From NCBI GenBank assembly GCA_044871175.1, contig JBIOZN010000056.1, positions 1 through 48,878 of the forward strand: a stretch of DNA of 48,878 nt, in the 5' to 3' direction. Made by a program: the position numbers and the translations under genes. How positions within the stretch are numbered: the stretch's first letter is position 1; every line of letters begins with the position of its first letter. The notes beneath the pieces are model-generated. The model ran no database searches, had not been told where the DNA came from, and saw only the letters and a program-made list of their open reading frames with translations. The stretch comes from Acidimicrobiales bacterium. Lineage in GTDB: Bacteria > Actinomycetota > Acidimicrobiia > Acidimicrobiales > Ilumatobacteraceae. Positions 7,097 through 15,579 of the stretch are shown here, piece by piece.

Positions 7097-8250
7097 GCCG
7101 GTTGGCCCTGCCGGTGTCCCCAGGCCCTGCGGCCCTCCTCGGGCCGGTTGCGGGGCCGGCCCCCCGGGGCCGCCGTGCGTGCCACCTCGTCGGACAGGCG
7201 CCGCTTGCGTTCGTCGCGCAGCACCGCCTTCAACCGGACTGCGCGAATCCGGTGACGGGCCGATGGTGAGATAGCGGCGATCACCGTCTTGGGGGTGCCG
7301 TCGGCCGCCGAGGCGACAATGGGGAAGCCGGGCGTGTTCACGCTCAGCAGAGCGATCAGCTTCAGGCCACCGTCGATGCGCCGCCAATCCCCCGACAGGG
7401 GGGCGCCAGCGGTGCGGGCCAGCAGGCCCGGGTCCACATCATCGAACGTCTCCCCTGACACCCAGCCGCCGTGGTCGTCGTCACCGATCGCCACTCGGGC
7501 CCAGGCGGTGGTCACGTCGCCGTACCAGCCGGCCGCCGCTTTGGCCCCCAGGTCCTCGGGGGCGTGGTCGGCGCCCCCCACCAGCACACCGGTGCGGACC
7601 GTGCCCCCGTCGGCCAGCAGGGTCGCCCCCGTGGCGAAGTACGGGTAGACGCCCTGGTCGCGGGGTGGGGTGACGCACTGGTCGCCGTACCCGGTGTGGC
7701 ACTGGTCCCAGGTCCAGGCGTGCCCGCGGACCACGCCGTTGCTGTCAACGGTAAGGGGGACGGGGCCGGCGAAACCGGGGTTGGTGTAGGCGGTGACCGG
7801 CCGGCCCTCGACTGGGGTGGCGGCGGTCAACCAGTACGAGGCGGTCTCAGCGTTCATCTCGAACGGCGGGGGTTCCCGGTTGTCGTCCCGGTAGTGGACG
7901 GACAGGTGCGTGTAGGCGCCCCGCCGGCCCTCCGGGGGGATCTGCACGTCCATGCCGGGCCCCTTGCCTCGGCCGCCGTGCAGCGCGGCGATCGCCGCGG
8001 CCATGCCCCGCAGGTTGGCCGGGCCGGGGATTCCGTCGGCGCTGACCATGTGGTGGATGAGCCGGCCGGCGTCCTTGGGCACGTTGCCGTCGGCGTCCAC
8101 CCGGTCCGGGTCCACCCAGGCGAACACCCGCCGGGCGACGCTCACCGGCAGCGGGCTCGGCAACCGCCGCTCGTTGCCCGGACCGTCCCAGGTGGCGTCC
8201 ACCACGGGCGTGTGGTGGGTGGCGGCGGTCAGGGTGTCGCACTCACACAT
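7093..8250 (-). CDS. capsid maturation protease (candidate)
   Basis: Lies immediately downstream of portal. GHAWTWDQCHTGYGDQCVTPPRD…YPYFATG matches the GHxAxWxxCHxG…CVxPP…Y motif I associate with actinophage capsid maturation proteases. Confidence 0.6.
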   Translation of the reverse strand: MCECDTLTAATHHTPVVDATWDGPGNERRLPSPLPVSVARRVFAWVDPDRVDADGNVPKDAGRLIHHMVSADGIPGPANLRGMAAAIAALHGGRGKGPGMDVQIPPEGRRGAYTHLSVHYRDDNREPPPFEMNAETASYWLTAATPVEGRPVTAYTNPGFAGPVPLTVDSNGVVRGHAWTWDQCHTGYGDQCVTPPRDQGVYPYFATGATLLADGGTVRTGVLVGGADHAPEDLGAKAAAGWYGDVTTAWARVAIGDDDHGGWVSGETFDDVDPGLLARTAGAPLSGDWRRIDGGLKLIALLSVNTPGFPIVASAADGTPKTVIAAISPSARHRIRAVRLKAVLRDERKRRLSDEVARTAAPGGRPRNRPEEGRRAWGHRQGQPA

Positions 8251-10105
8251 CGGCGGGCTCCTTGGTCACGGCGGCGCACAGGGCCTCAACGCAGATCGGC
8301 GCCGAAGGCGGGTCAGGGTCGTGGAGGTGGCGGAGGGCGGCCTCCCGGCAGGCGTCGTTCGCCACCGTCCACATCTCGTGCGGATCGGCGCCCAACGGTT
8401 CCGCCCAGGCGCGGGCCTGGTCCATGCGGATCACCGGGTCACCCTTCAACAGCTCCTCGGCGGAGATGCCGCACGCCGTCAGCACCTCCCGGCCCTGGGC
8501 CAGCCGGGTCTCGGTGGCGTTCAGCTTGCGGGCCCGGGCCCGGTTCTTGAGGCGGGCCTCGGCCCGGTCAATGAACCGGCGCACCCCCATCTCGGTGGCG
8601 CCGCCGATGGCGGCCATCAACTCGCGGCGGCTGTACTCCTGCAAGCCCCGGGCGTCGTGACGGTCGGTGTCGCCGGGGGCCGGCGGAGACGTGCGAGGTT
8701 GCGGCAGGAACCGTGTTTCCCGGTTCGGGGCCCCCAACGGTTGGGGAACGGGGCTTCCACCGCCTCCCGGGGCTTCGGCGGGCAAATCCAGGGCCGGATC
8801 GAAGTAGGTGTCGATGCCCTTGGCCGTCTGGTCGGTGGACAGGGGACCCTTGGAGCGGATCATCCGCTCGGCGATCTCCTTGTCGGTGGGGGCGTCGGTG
8901 TCGGTGAACCCGATGCGGAGCCGCAGCGCGGCGTCGGAGATGACCCCGGCGGCGTGGGCCTGGAACACGTCGGCCACCTTGGCCGTGTTGAGCGCCGCCA
9001 GCGAGAAACCGACCCGCCAGTAGGCGGGGTCGTCGCCGGCCAGCAGCACCGCCGGTCCCACCACCTCCCGGTTGATGGTGTCAGCGATCAGCCGCACCAG
9101 CGGATCGACATGCGCGCCCTGCATTGACTCTTCGACCGCGGCGCTCGCCCACTGCGTGGTTGACCCCAGACCGGTCACAATCTCCGGGGGGGCGTCCAAG
9201 CCCCGCACGATGCGGGCCAGCACCTCGTTGCGCAGCTGCGCCGACCGTTCATCGAACGGCCGCTCCCACGGGATGTACCGGACGCCCTTCTCGATCAGGT
9301 CGAGCGCCATCCGCATGATGAGCGGCGCCACCGCGCTCGCCTCACCCGGGGCCCGCAGGTTCGCCGAGAACGCCTCCGACAACGTGAGGGTCAGTTCGTC
9401 GCCCACCGGGGCGTCAGCGGCAGGGGCGTCACCGTCAGGCGTGGCCGCGTCGAAGCTGGCCTCGTCGGCGATGATGAGAATGCCCGACGTCTGGAGTCGT
9501 GACCGGATGGTGGCCCGGATGTCGGCGTCGAGCAGCATGAGCATGTCGATCAGGTCGAGCAGGCTCATCAGCTCAGAGAACGGGCGTGACCGAGACTGCG
9601 GGTCGGGCCGCCACACCCGCACCATGTTCGCCAACGGCCACGGGTCGCGCCGGTCCACACCCGTCGGGTCCCGGTACGTGTAGGACTCGGTGGCGTCCCA
9701 GCGGATCTCCTGGTCGGAGAACACCTCGACGGTGCCCGGCGACGTCTGAATCAGGTAGGCCTCGCCGCTCACCTTCAGCGGGATCGCCAGCGCCGCCAGC
9801 AACACGTCCGAGCCGCCAGCCGAGTCCAAGAAGGAGCCCAGCAGGTCTTGGGCGGGGCCCGGCTGGGGCGCCCACCGGTTGGTGGGCGGGTCACGCTGTT
9901 CCACCCGCAGCGCCGCCTTCGACGCCAACGACGCCACGTAGTCGATGACGTACCGCACCTCGGGCACGCAGCGGTAGGCAGCCCAGCAGCGGGCCTGCAA
10001 GTCGCGCAGCGGCCCCCGGTTGCGGGTCAGTTCCAGGGTGGGGGACAGGCCCCGGGCGCGCCGGTTGAGACGCTGGGAAGCGGCAGTGACAGTGGCGCGC
10101 GCCAT
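8243..10105 (-). CDS. portal protein
   Basis: 620 aa. …MVRVWRPDPQSRSRPFSELMSLLDLIDMLMLLDADIRATIRSRLQTSGILII… is typical of siphovirus portals. Confidence 0.8.
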   Translation of the reverse strand: MARATVTAASQRLNRRARGLSPTLELTRNRGPLRDLQARCWAAYRCVPEVRYVIDYVASLASKAALRVEQRDPPTNRWAPQPGPAQDLLGSFLDSAGGSDVLLAALAIPLKVSGEAYLIQTSPGTVEVFSDQEIRWDATESYTYRDPTGVDRRDPWPLANMVRVWRPDPQSRSRPFSELMSLLDLIDMLMLLDADIRATIRSRLQTSGILIIADEASFDAATPDGDAPAADAPVGDELTLTLSEAFSANLRAPGEASAVAPLIMRMALDLIEKGVRYIPWERPFDERSAQLRNEVLARIVRGLDAPPEIVTGLGSTTQWASAAVEESMQGAHVDPLVRLIADTINREVVGPAVLLAGDDPAYWRVGFSLAALNTAKVADVFQAHAAGVISDAALRLRIGFTDTDAPTDKEIAERMIRSKGPLSTDQTAKGIDTYFDPALDLPAEAPGGGGSPVPQPLGAPNRETRFLPQPRTSPPAPGDTDRHDARGLQEYSRRELMAAIGGATEMGVRRFIDRAEARLKNRARARKLNATETRLAQGREVLTACGISAEELLKGDPVIRMDQARAWAEPLGADPHEMWTVANDACREAALRHLHDPDPPSAPICVEALCAAVTKEPADV

Positions 10106-10121
10106 GGACGGGCGTGCGCCG

Positions 10122-10334
10122 CTAGACGCGAACTTCCAGCGGCGGGCTCGTCACGTCCTCAGCCGGAAGGGATTGGCCGGTCAGACGGGCCCGGTAGGCG
10201 CGGCGTCGCTCCGCCACCGTGGCCGGGTCGGGCGCGGGCCCGGGGCCCAGCGGCGCGGTGGCCGGCACCCGGCTCGCTCCGCTTCGGGCTGGCACGGTGG
10301 CGGTGCGGTTGCTGCCTCCGCAGCCGCACCCCAC
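10122..10334 (-). CDS. hypothetical small protein (MGCGCGG N-terminus)
   Basis: ORF-track ORF sitting between neighbours with short gaps. High GC3. Low-complexity composition. Confidence 0.4.
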   Translation of the reverse strand: MGCGCGGSNRTATVPARSGASRVPATAPLGPGPAPDPATVAERRRAYRARLTGQSLPAEDVTSPPLEVRV

Positions 10335-10337
10335 GGC

Positions 10338-10610
10338 TCAGGACCCCCGGGACGGGTTGGTCTGGGCCGTGGTGGCCGGCTCACGCCGGCTCTCGGTCGG
10401 CTCCCGCCGGCTCTCGGCCGGGCGGGACCGCTTCTGCTCGGAGGCTTCAGTGGCCTGCCGGTCCCGCTCGCCCAGGTCGACCACGCTCACGATTGTTCCG
10501 GCTACCCAGCCCTCGTGAGGGTTCTCCTCGGGGAGAGACGGCCGGTTCAAGACCTCGGCCAGCTGCCCGGACAAATCGCTCTTGCTTCCCATGGGCTCGC
10601 AGTCTGACAC
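10338..10610 (-). CDS. hypothetical acidic protein with a 21-bp tandem duplication (ESRREPT/ESRREPA)
   Basis: ORF-track ORF. Tandem 21-mers at about 10381-10422. Alternative ATG at codon 7. Confidence 0.5.
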   Translation of the reverse strand: MSDCEPMGSKSDLSGQLAEVLNRPSLPEENPHEGWVAGTIVSVVDLGERDRQATEASEQKRSRPAESRREPTESRREPATTAQTNPSRGS

Positions 10611-10625
10611 CGCGGCCGCCGCGAG

Positions 10626-10784
10626 TCACCCACCGGGCACTTCCACCTTCGCCACGATGACCCGGCAGCCAGGCTGAATGTCGACTTTGACGCCGCGCAC
10701 GTTGATGAGGAAGGTGCCCAGGTCACGGTCGAGCTTGCCGGCGATGGTGGTGCCCTTGCCCGCTGCGATCACGCCGGTCACCAC
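10626..10784 (-). CDS. hypothetical small protein
   Basis: C-terminal part of ORF 10626..11120 (…GVIAAGKGTTIAGKLDRDLGTFLINVRGVKVDIQPGCRVIVAKVEVPGG). GTG 10784 chosen. An alternative CTG at 10802 forms a CTGA overlap with the upstream stop. Confidence 0.4.
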   Translation of the reverse strand: MVTGVIAAGKGTTIAGKLDRDLGTFLINVRGVKVDIQPGCRVIVAKVEVPGG

Positions 10785-10798
10785 CCCGGCCAGGTCGA

Positions 10799-11434
10799 TC
10801 AGCTTCCTATCCCGACGCCGGGGTAGGCGGGCACGCCGATGAGCCGGATGGCGCACTGGTGGTTGTGCGCCGGCCAGCACAGGTCGGACGGGACGGCGTT
10901 GCCGTACTCGTCGAAGGTCGCCGCGGCGGCGTAGAACCGGAACGTCGAGGTGCCGCCGGCAGGGACGATGTGGGGGATGGTGTAGCCCTCGGCCAGGCTG
11001 GTGATGATGTGGTCGTTGAGCAGCCGCTGATCCCAGTGGGTGCGCGACACGATCTGGCCGATGTCGTAGAAGTTGACGCCGTCGTCGGACGCCATGAACC
11101 GGCCGTTGCGGTAGGACCACGACCAGTAGTCGCTGTTGAGCGCCACGCTGATGCTGATCTCGTAGCGGACGAAGGCGATCATGGGCACCGAGCCGGATGG
11201 GTTCTGCAACCGCGCGTCGACCGGCACGGTCACCTCGCCCGAGCCCAGGTCACCGGCCGGCCGGGCGGTGTTGGACGACTGCACCATGCTGCGCCGGTCC
11301 ACCGCCACCGCGCCGGGCACCATGAGGCAGCCGTCGGCGGTGCAGTGGAGCGAGTTGGCGCCGCCGCACAGGTAGGCGGACAGGATGCCGCTGCCATCCT
11401 GGATGAGGCCGCAACCGAGGCAGGCGCCGGGCAT
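10799..11434 (-). CDS. minor tail / receptor-binding-type protein, Cys-rich N-terminus
   Basis: The N-terminal CLGCGLIQDGSGILS resembles the CxC…G.GIS N-termini of the three fibre paralogs. ATGA overlap at 11434. Confidence 0.6.
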   Translation of the reverse strand: MPGACLGCGLIQDGSGILSAYLCGGANSLHCTADGCLMVPGAVAVDRRSMVQSSNTARPAGDLGSGEVTVPVDARLQNPSGSVPMIAFVRYEISISVALNSDYWSWSYRNGRFMASDDGVNFYDIGQIVSRTHWDQRLLNDHIITSLAEGYTIPHIVPAGGTSTFRFYAAAATFDEYGNAVPSDLCWPAHNHQCAIRLIGVPAYPGVGIGS

Positions 11435-11808
11435 CAGTAGGCCCCTTCCATGCCGGGACGGTCATCCACGATGGCCTGCTCCCCCCGCCACAGTTCGTCG
11501 CCGAACACGTCAGGCGGGACTTCGGGCGGCACGTCGTTCTTGGGTGTCGGCAGGCTGGCGGGGTCCACCGCCTCACCCGCCACCGTCACCGCCGGGTCGC
11601 CGATGAGCGTGACGCCGGGCCGGAGGTCGGCGTACGGGTCGGCGGCGTTGGTGCCGGCGATGTTGTCGAGGATGAGCGGAATCCACAAGCCCTCGTAGCC
11701 CGTCAGGGGGATGCCGTCCACCGCGCCCCACGCCTCGCCCCACACGATGGTTTCCTGGCGGGCGTTGCCGTTCTCGGTGTACTGCCGGTCAACGCGGATG
11801 CTGGTCAT
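11434..11808 (-). CDS. hypothetical virion-module protein
   Basis: ATG 11808 preceded by CTAGGAGGccgc (strong SD). Ordinary composition. Confidence 0.7.
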   Translation of the reverse strand: MTSIRVDRQYTENGNARQETIVWGEAWGAVDGIPLTGYEGLWIPLILDNIAGTNAADPYADLRPGVTLIGDPAVTVAGEAVDPASLPTPKNDVPPEVPPDVFGDELWRGEQAIVDDRPGMEGAY

Positions 11809-11816
11809 GCGGCCTC

Positions 11817-12791
11817 CTAGGCGGGCGCCAGGTAGCGCAGCGCCACCCGGCTCATACTCGTCGGTGAGCCGGCCCGCACCCGGTTACCCGGCCCGTCGCT
11901 GGCGGCGGTGACCTTGAAGCCGGCCAGGTTCAGGCCGAGCGGCATGACGTGCTTGATGCTGGCTGTCACCCACTTCTGGGGCGCATCGGTCGGCACCACC
12001 GTGTCCACCATGTTCGTGGCCGGCGCCGCGCCGGCCGGGTCACGGGCGATGGCGATGGCGGCCCATGTGCCCTGCTGCAAGGGGTCCGTCGGCATCTGGA
12101 TGGTGACGCTGGCGGATATCTCGTACCAGCCCGAGGTGGCGGGCACGATGGCGTCGATGGTGTCCCAGGTGCCCGCCGAGTTGGCGGCGGTGAACGTGAG
12201 GGGCTGCGAGGTGAGCGCCAACGGCTGGTCGGCCGCCAGGCGGCCCCACCACCACGACGGGTCGGGGTAGCGCAGGTCGAACAGGAACGTCCAGGTGCCG
12301 TCGGTGCCGAGCTGGAACACGGCGCCGCCCTGGTCGATGTACACGTCGCCCGCCCGCGATTCGGGCACGGTGACCGGGGGCGTGGTGGCCCCGGTGAACC
12401 AGCGGGTGCCCCGGTCGACGTCGGTGCGGTCGACGGGCGGGGCGTACACGTCGCCGTTGACGAAGCTGAGCAGGTTGCCGGCCGTGGTTGAGCGGCGCAG
12501 GTGCAGCCGGTCGGTGGCCCAGTACATGCCGGCGCCGGGCGGCAGGCAGGCGCGCACCGCGTCGCATGGCAGGCTCACCCGCACGCCGGCCGGCCCCACC
12601 GCCACGGGCAGCGCCGAGTACGGGTCGGCCACCAGGCCGACCAGCTTGGGCCGGCGTTCGGAGCCCTCGTTCTGGCTGACTGTCACCGCCGCGCCGCCGT
12701 TGATGACGCACACGCACGGCTTGTCGGCGCAGCGGCACTTCGGCATGGTGGTGGTGACGCGGGCGTCGTTGCGGTCGATGGTGGCGGTCAT
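11817..12791 (-). CDS. tail fibre / minor tail protein, CxC-x5-CxC paralog 1
   Basis: Trimmed to ATG 12791 (ATGA overlap). MPKCRCADKPCVCVI…, GDVYIDQGGAVFQL motif shared with the paralogs. Confidence 0.7.
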   Translation of the reverse strand: MTATIDRNDARVTTTMPKCRCADKPCVCVINGGAAVTVSQNEGSERRPKLVGLVADPYSALPVAVGPAGVRVSLPCDAVRACLPPGAGMYWATDRLHLRRSTTAGNLLSFVNGDVYAPPVDRTDVDRGTRWFTGATTPPVTVPESRAGDVYIDQGGAVFQLGTDGTWTFLFDLRYPDPSWWWGRLAADQPLALTSQPLTFTAANSAGTWDTIDAIVPATSGWYEISASVTIQMPTDPLQQGTWAAIAIARDPAGAAPATNMVDTVVPTDAPQKWVTASIKHVMPLGLNLAGFKVTAASDGPGNRVRAGSPTSMSRVALRYLAPA

Positions 12792-13738
12792 GCGGGTCCC
12801 ATCCACTTCACGGTCATCCGGGTGCGGGTGTCGGCCAGCACGTCCACCGAACCGGTGCCGGCCTGGTTGACGGCGACCTCGACCACGTTGTCGGCCGGTC
12901 CGAGCAGCCACACGTCGTCCACTGTGGCCTGCGCCCAGCCGGCCGGCGACGACGTGAAGGAGCCGTCAACGTTGGGGGACAACGCCCCTGCCGCCGAGCC
13001 GACGTGGGCGCGCGCCACCGCCCCCACGTAGTCGCGGGCGGCGGCCAGCTTGTATTGCACCTCGGCGTGCACCTCGTACCAGCCGCGCTTGTCGACCGGT
13101 GGCGCCACCGTCGTGCCCGTCGCCGCGATGGGGATCGACCACATGCCGCTGGAGCCCTCGCACTTCCAGGTGAGGGCCTGGTAGGCGTTGGTCACCGCCT
13201 TCTGGGTGGCGGCACTGCCGACGAACCAGGGCTCGTTGGGTGTGGCTCCGCCCAGGCTGAACTGGCGCACCCAGCCCGACACGGTCATCAACCAGATCGA
13301 GTCGGAGTTCTGGTCGAGGTACATGTCGCCGTCGCGGTCGCCGGTCTGCACCTTCGGCGCCCCGTAGCCGGCCCGCCACCGTGAACCGTGACCGCCGGGC
13401 ACCGGCCGTGACGGCAGCAGCAGCCCGTTGTCGATGGCGATGGACAGCGCGTTGTCGTCGTCGCCCGACAGGTGAGCGCTGAACACACCGGTCGGCTCGT
13501 CGTACAGCAAGCCGTCATCGGCGCTGAAACAGGTGCGCGCCTCGGAGCAGCGCATGCTGACGCTCATGCCGGTGCCGGGGGTCATCGTCACCGGCAGCGG
13601 GCTGTCGAGGTCAGCCCAGCCGTTGATGACGTACGGGCTCTGGGGCCGTCCGTCCTGGTGCGCGTCGATGGAGATGCCGGGCCCTGCCGTCAACATGCAG
13701 GCGCACGTGGTGCCGGCGCGGCACCGGCATGCGCTCAC
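12788..13738 (-). CDS. tail fibre / minor tail protein, CxC-x5-CxC paralog 2
   Basis: GTG 13738 (GTGA overlap). MSACRCRAGTTCACML…, GDMYLDQNSDSIWL motif. Confidence 0.7.
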   Translation of the reverse strand: MSACRCRAGTTCACMLTAGPGISIDAHQDGRPQSPYVINGWADLDSPLPVTMTPGTGMSVSMRCSEARTCFSADDGLLYDEPTGVFSAHLSGDDDNALSIAIDNGLLLPSRPVPGGHGSRWRAGYGAPKVQTGDRDGDMYLDQNSDSIWLMTVSGWVRQFSLGGATPNEPWFVGSAATQKAVTNAYQALTWKCEGSSGMWSIPIAATGTTVAPPVDKRGWYEVHAEVQYKLAAARDYVGAVARAHVGSAAGALSPNVDGSFTSSPAGWAQATVDDVWLLGPADNVVEVAVNQAGTGSVDVLADTRTRMTVKWMGPA

Positions 13739-14094
13739 GGCGTGCCGGCGGGCTTGGTCACGACCCCGGCAAGCTGGTCCCAGCCGTTGTAGAACAGGCT
13801 GTAGAAGGCGGCGTCCTCAGCGGCCAGGCCGGCGTCGGCGATGGGCTCGTCGGCCAGCGCGAACCACACGAACCGCTCCACCTGGGAGCTGGGCGACTGC
13901 ATGACGCTGGTGGCGAGGAACACCCGCTGGCGGTAGTACTTCTCCTCCTCGGTGGGCGGCGCGTCCTGCGAGCCGACCAGCGGCGCCTCGGCGGCGTAGA
14001 TGTCGTTGGCCGTCTTGATGGCGGCCATCTGGGCTTGGGCGCGGAAGCTGGTGGCGTTAGCCAGCAGGCCCCGCATCTCGTAGCTCGTGGGCAT
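13735..14094 (-). CDS. hypothetical virion-module protein
   Basis: ATG 14094 preceded by TAAGGAGaatcc. Ordinary composition. Confidence 0.7.
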   Translation of the reverse strand: MPTSYEMRGLLANATSFRAQAQMAAIKTANDIYAAEAPLVGSQDAPPTEEEKYYRQRVFLATSVMQSPSSQVERFVWFALADEPIADAGLAAEDAAFYSLFYNGWDQLAGVVTKPAGTP

Positions 14095-14103
14095 GGATTC
14101 TCC

Positions 14104-15579
14104 TTACCAGTAGATGCGCAGCAGGCCTGAATAGCTCGTGCCGGTGGTGGGGGCGCCGTACATGCGGCGGAACACGCCCTGGGCGGCGTCGGGGGCGTAG
14201 ACGACCAGGGCGTGGTAGCTGACCCCCCACTGGTCGACCTGCCAGTTGGCGTTGTCGCACCAGGCCGGCTGGTTGACGTAGAAGTACTGGTCAGGGTGCC
14301 ACCAGGAGCCGCCCACGCCGGGACGGGTCTGCGGTTGGCCGCCCGCCTTCCAGCGGTCCGAGCACGGTTGCAGGTCGATGCCGCCGGGCGGCCCGCTGTA
14401 GAGGGTGAAGCACACGTTGACGTGGTTGGGCGGGTCGTAGCCGTTCTGGGTCCACCCGGCGATCTGGTCGCCGTAGAAGTAGGTGGCGAAGTCACCGCCC
14501 TGGGACACGCCGGGCCAGAAGCCGAACGGCACCGACACGTCGGCTTCGAGCCAGCCGTTGTTGTCCTCCCAGCAATCGGACTGCGCCGGCCACAGGTCGA
14601 TGGAGGAGCCGCGAGCGTGCTTGGCGAGCCCGGCGGTGTTGCCGTCGGCGTAGCCGTAGCGGTTCCAGGCCCGCACGATGAAGCTGTGCCAGTTCCACCA
14701 CGCCCGCACCGGCAGGAACAGGGTGCGCGATGTCTCACCCGTCCACCCGCCGCTCCACGCCTGGACCCAGCCCTCGCCGTCGGCGTGATAGTGGACCTGC
14801 ATCTCGGTGATGCCGTTGGGGTAGGCGCCGTTGGCGGGGTCGGCCCAGTTCAAGTAGAAGCCGCCGCCGTTGTCCCACGTCCAGGTGGCGGTGACGTTCC
14901 ACGGTGCGGCGGGCGCGGCCGGACCGGGCGGCACGACGACCCGCACTGACGGTGCCGCCCCCGACTGGAACCACGTCTCACGGGCCCCCGGCCCGCGGGT
15001 GAACCGCGGGTCCACGTTGGTGCCGGTGTCCATGTGCGCGTAGGCCCACACGTCGTACGTCCAGCCCTGGATGCTTCCGCCCGGTGCCCAGCCGATCCAC
15101 GGCTGCACCACGTTGGCCGGGCCGGGGGGCCAATCGTTGCCCCAGGTGTCGCGGTACACGCCCATGTAGGGCAACAGGGGCACGTCGGCCGTGGCCTGCG
15201 CGCCGCCGCCGACGGCCGGGGCGGTCCAGTTCCACACCGACTTCCACACGCCGTCCTGCCAATAGGCGTCGGACTGGGTGAGCACCGCCTTCTGGGGCGG
15301 GGTGACGTAGGGGAAGTACTCGGACCAGTCGCCGGGCGTGCCGTCGCCGTCCAGGGCGCGCACCCGCAACTGGTGGCGACGCTGGCCCCAGTGCTCGATG
15401 GCGGTATCCCACGCCGTCTGCGTGCCCAGCGGCACGACGCCGCCGGTGATGCGGGTAAGCGGGGTGAGGTCACCGGGGGTGCGGCCGCGGGGGCCGTCCC
15501 AGATCTCCCACTCGTACGACGCCGCGCCGGGCACCTCGGTCCAGGCGAAGGTGGGAATCGGGTAGGTGGCGCCGGTCAT
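14104..15579 (-). CDS. Trp-rich minor tail protein with FN3-like N-terminal repeats
   Basis: 491 aa. PTFAWTEVPGAASYEWEIWDG… and APWNVTATWTWDNGGGFYLNW are FN3-like. ATGA overlap at 15579. Confidence 0.7.
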   Translation of the reverse strand: MTGATYPIPTFAWTEVPGAASYEWEIWDGPRGRTPGDLTPLTRITGGVVPLGTQTAWDTAIEHWGQRRHQLRVRALDGDGTPGDWSEYFPYVTPPQKAVLTQSDAYWQDGVWKSVWNWTAPAVGGGAQATADVPLLPYMGVYRDTWGNDWPPGPANVVQPWIGWAPGGSIQGWTYDVWAYAHMDTGTNVDPRFTRGPGARETWFQSGAAPSVRVVVPPGPAAPAAPWNVTATWTWDNGGGFYLNWADPANGAYPNGITEMQVHYHADGEGWVQAWSGGWTGETSRTLFLPVRAWWNWHSFIVRAWNRYGYADGNTAGLAKHARGSSIDLWPAQSDCWEDNNGWLEADVSVPFGFWPGVSQGGDFATYFYGDQIAGWTQNGYDPPNHVNVCFTLYSGPPGGIDLQPCSDRWKAGGQPQTRPGVGGSWWHPDQYFYVNQPAWCDNANWQVDQWGVSYHALVVYAPDAAQGVFRRMYGAPTTGTSYSGLLRIYW

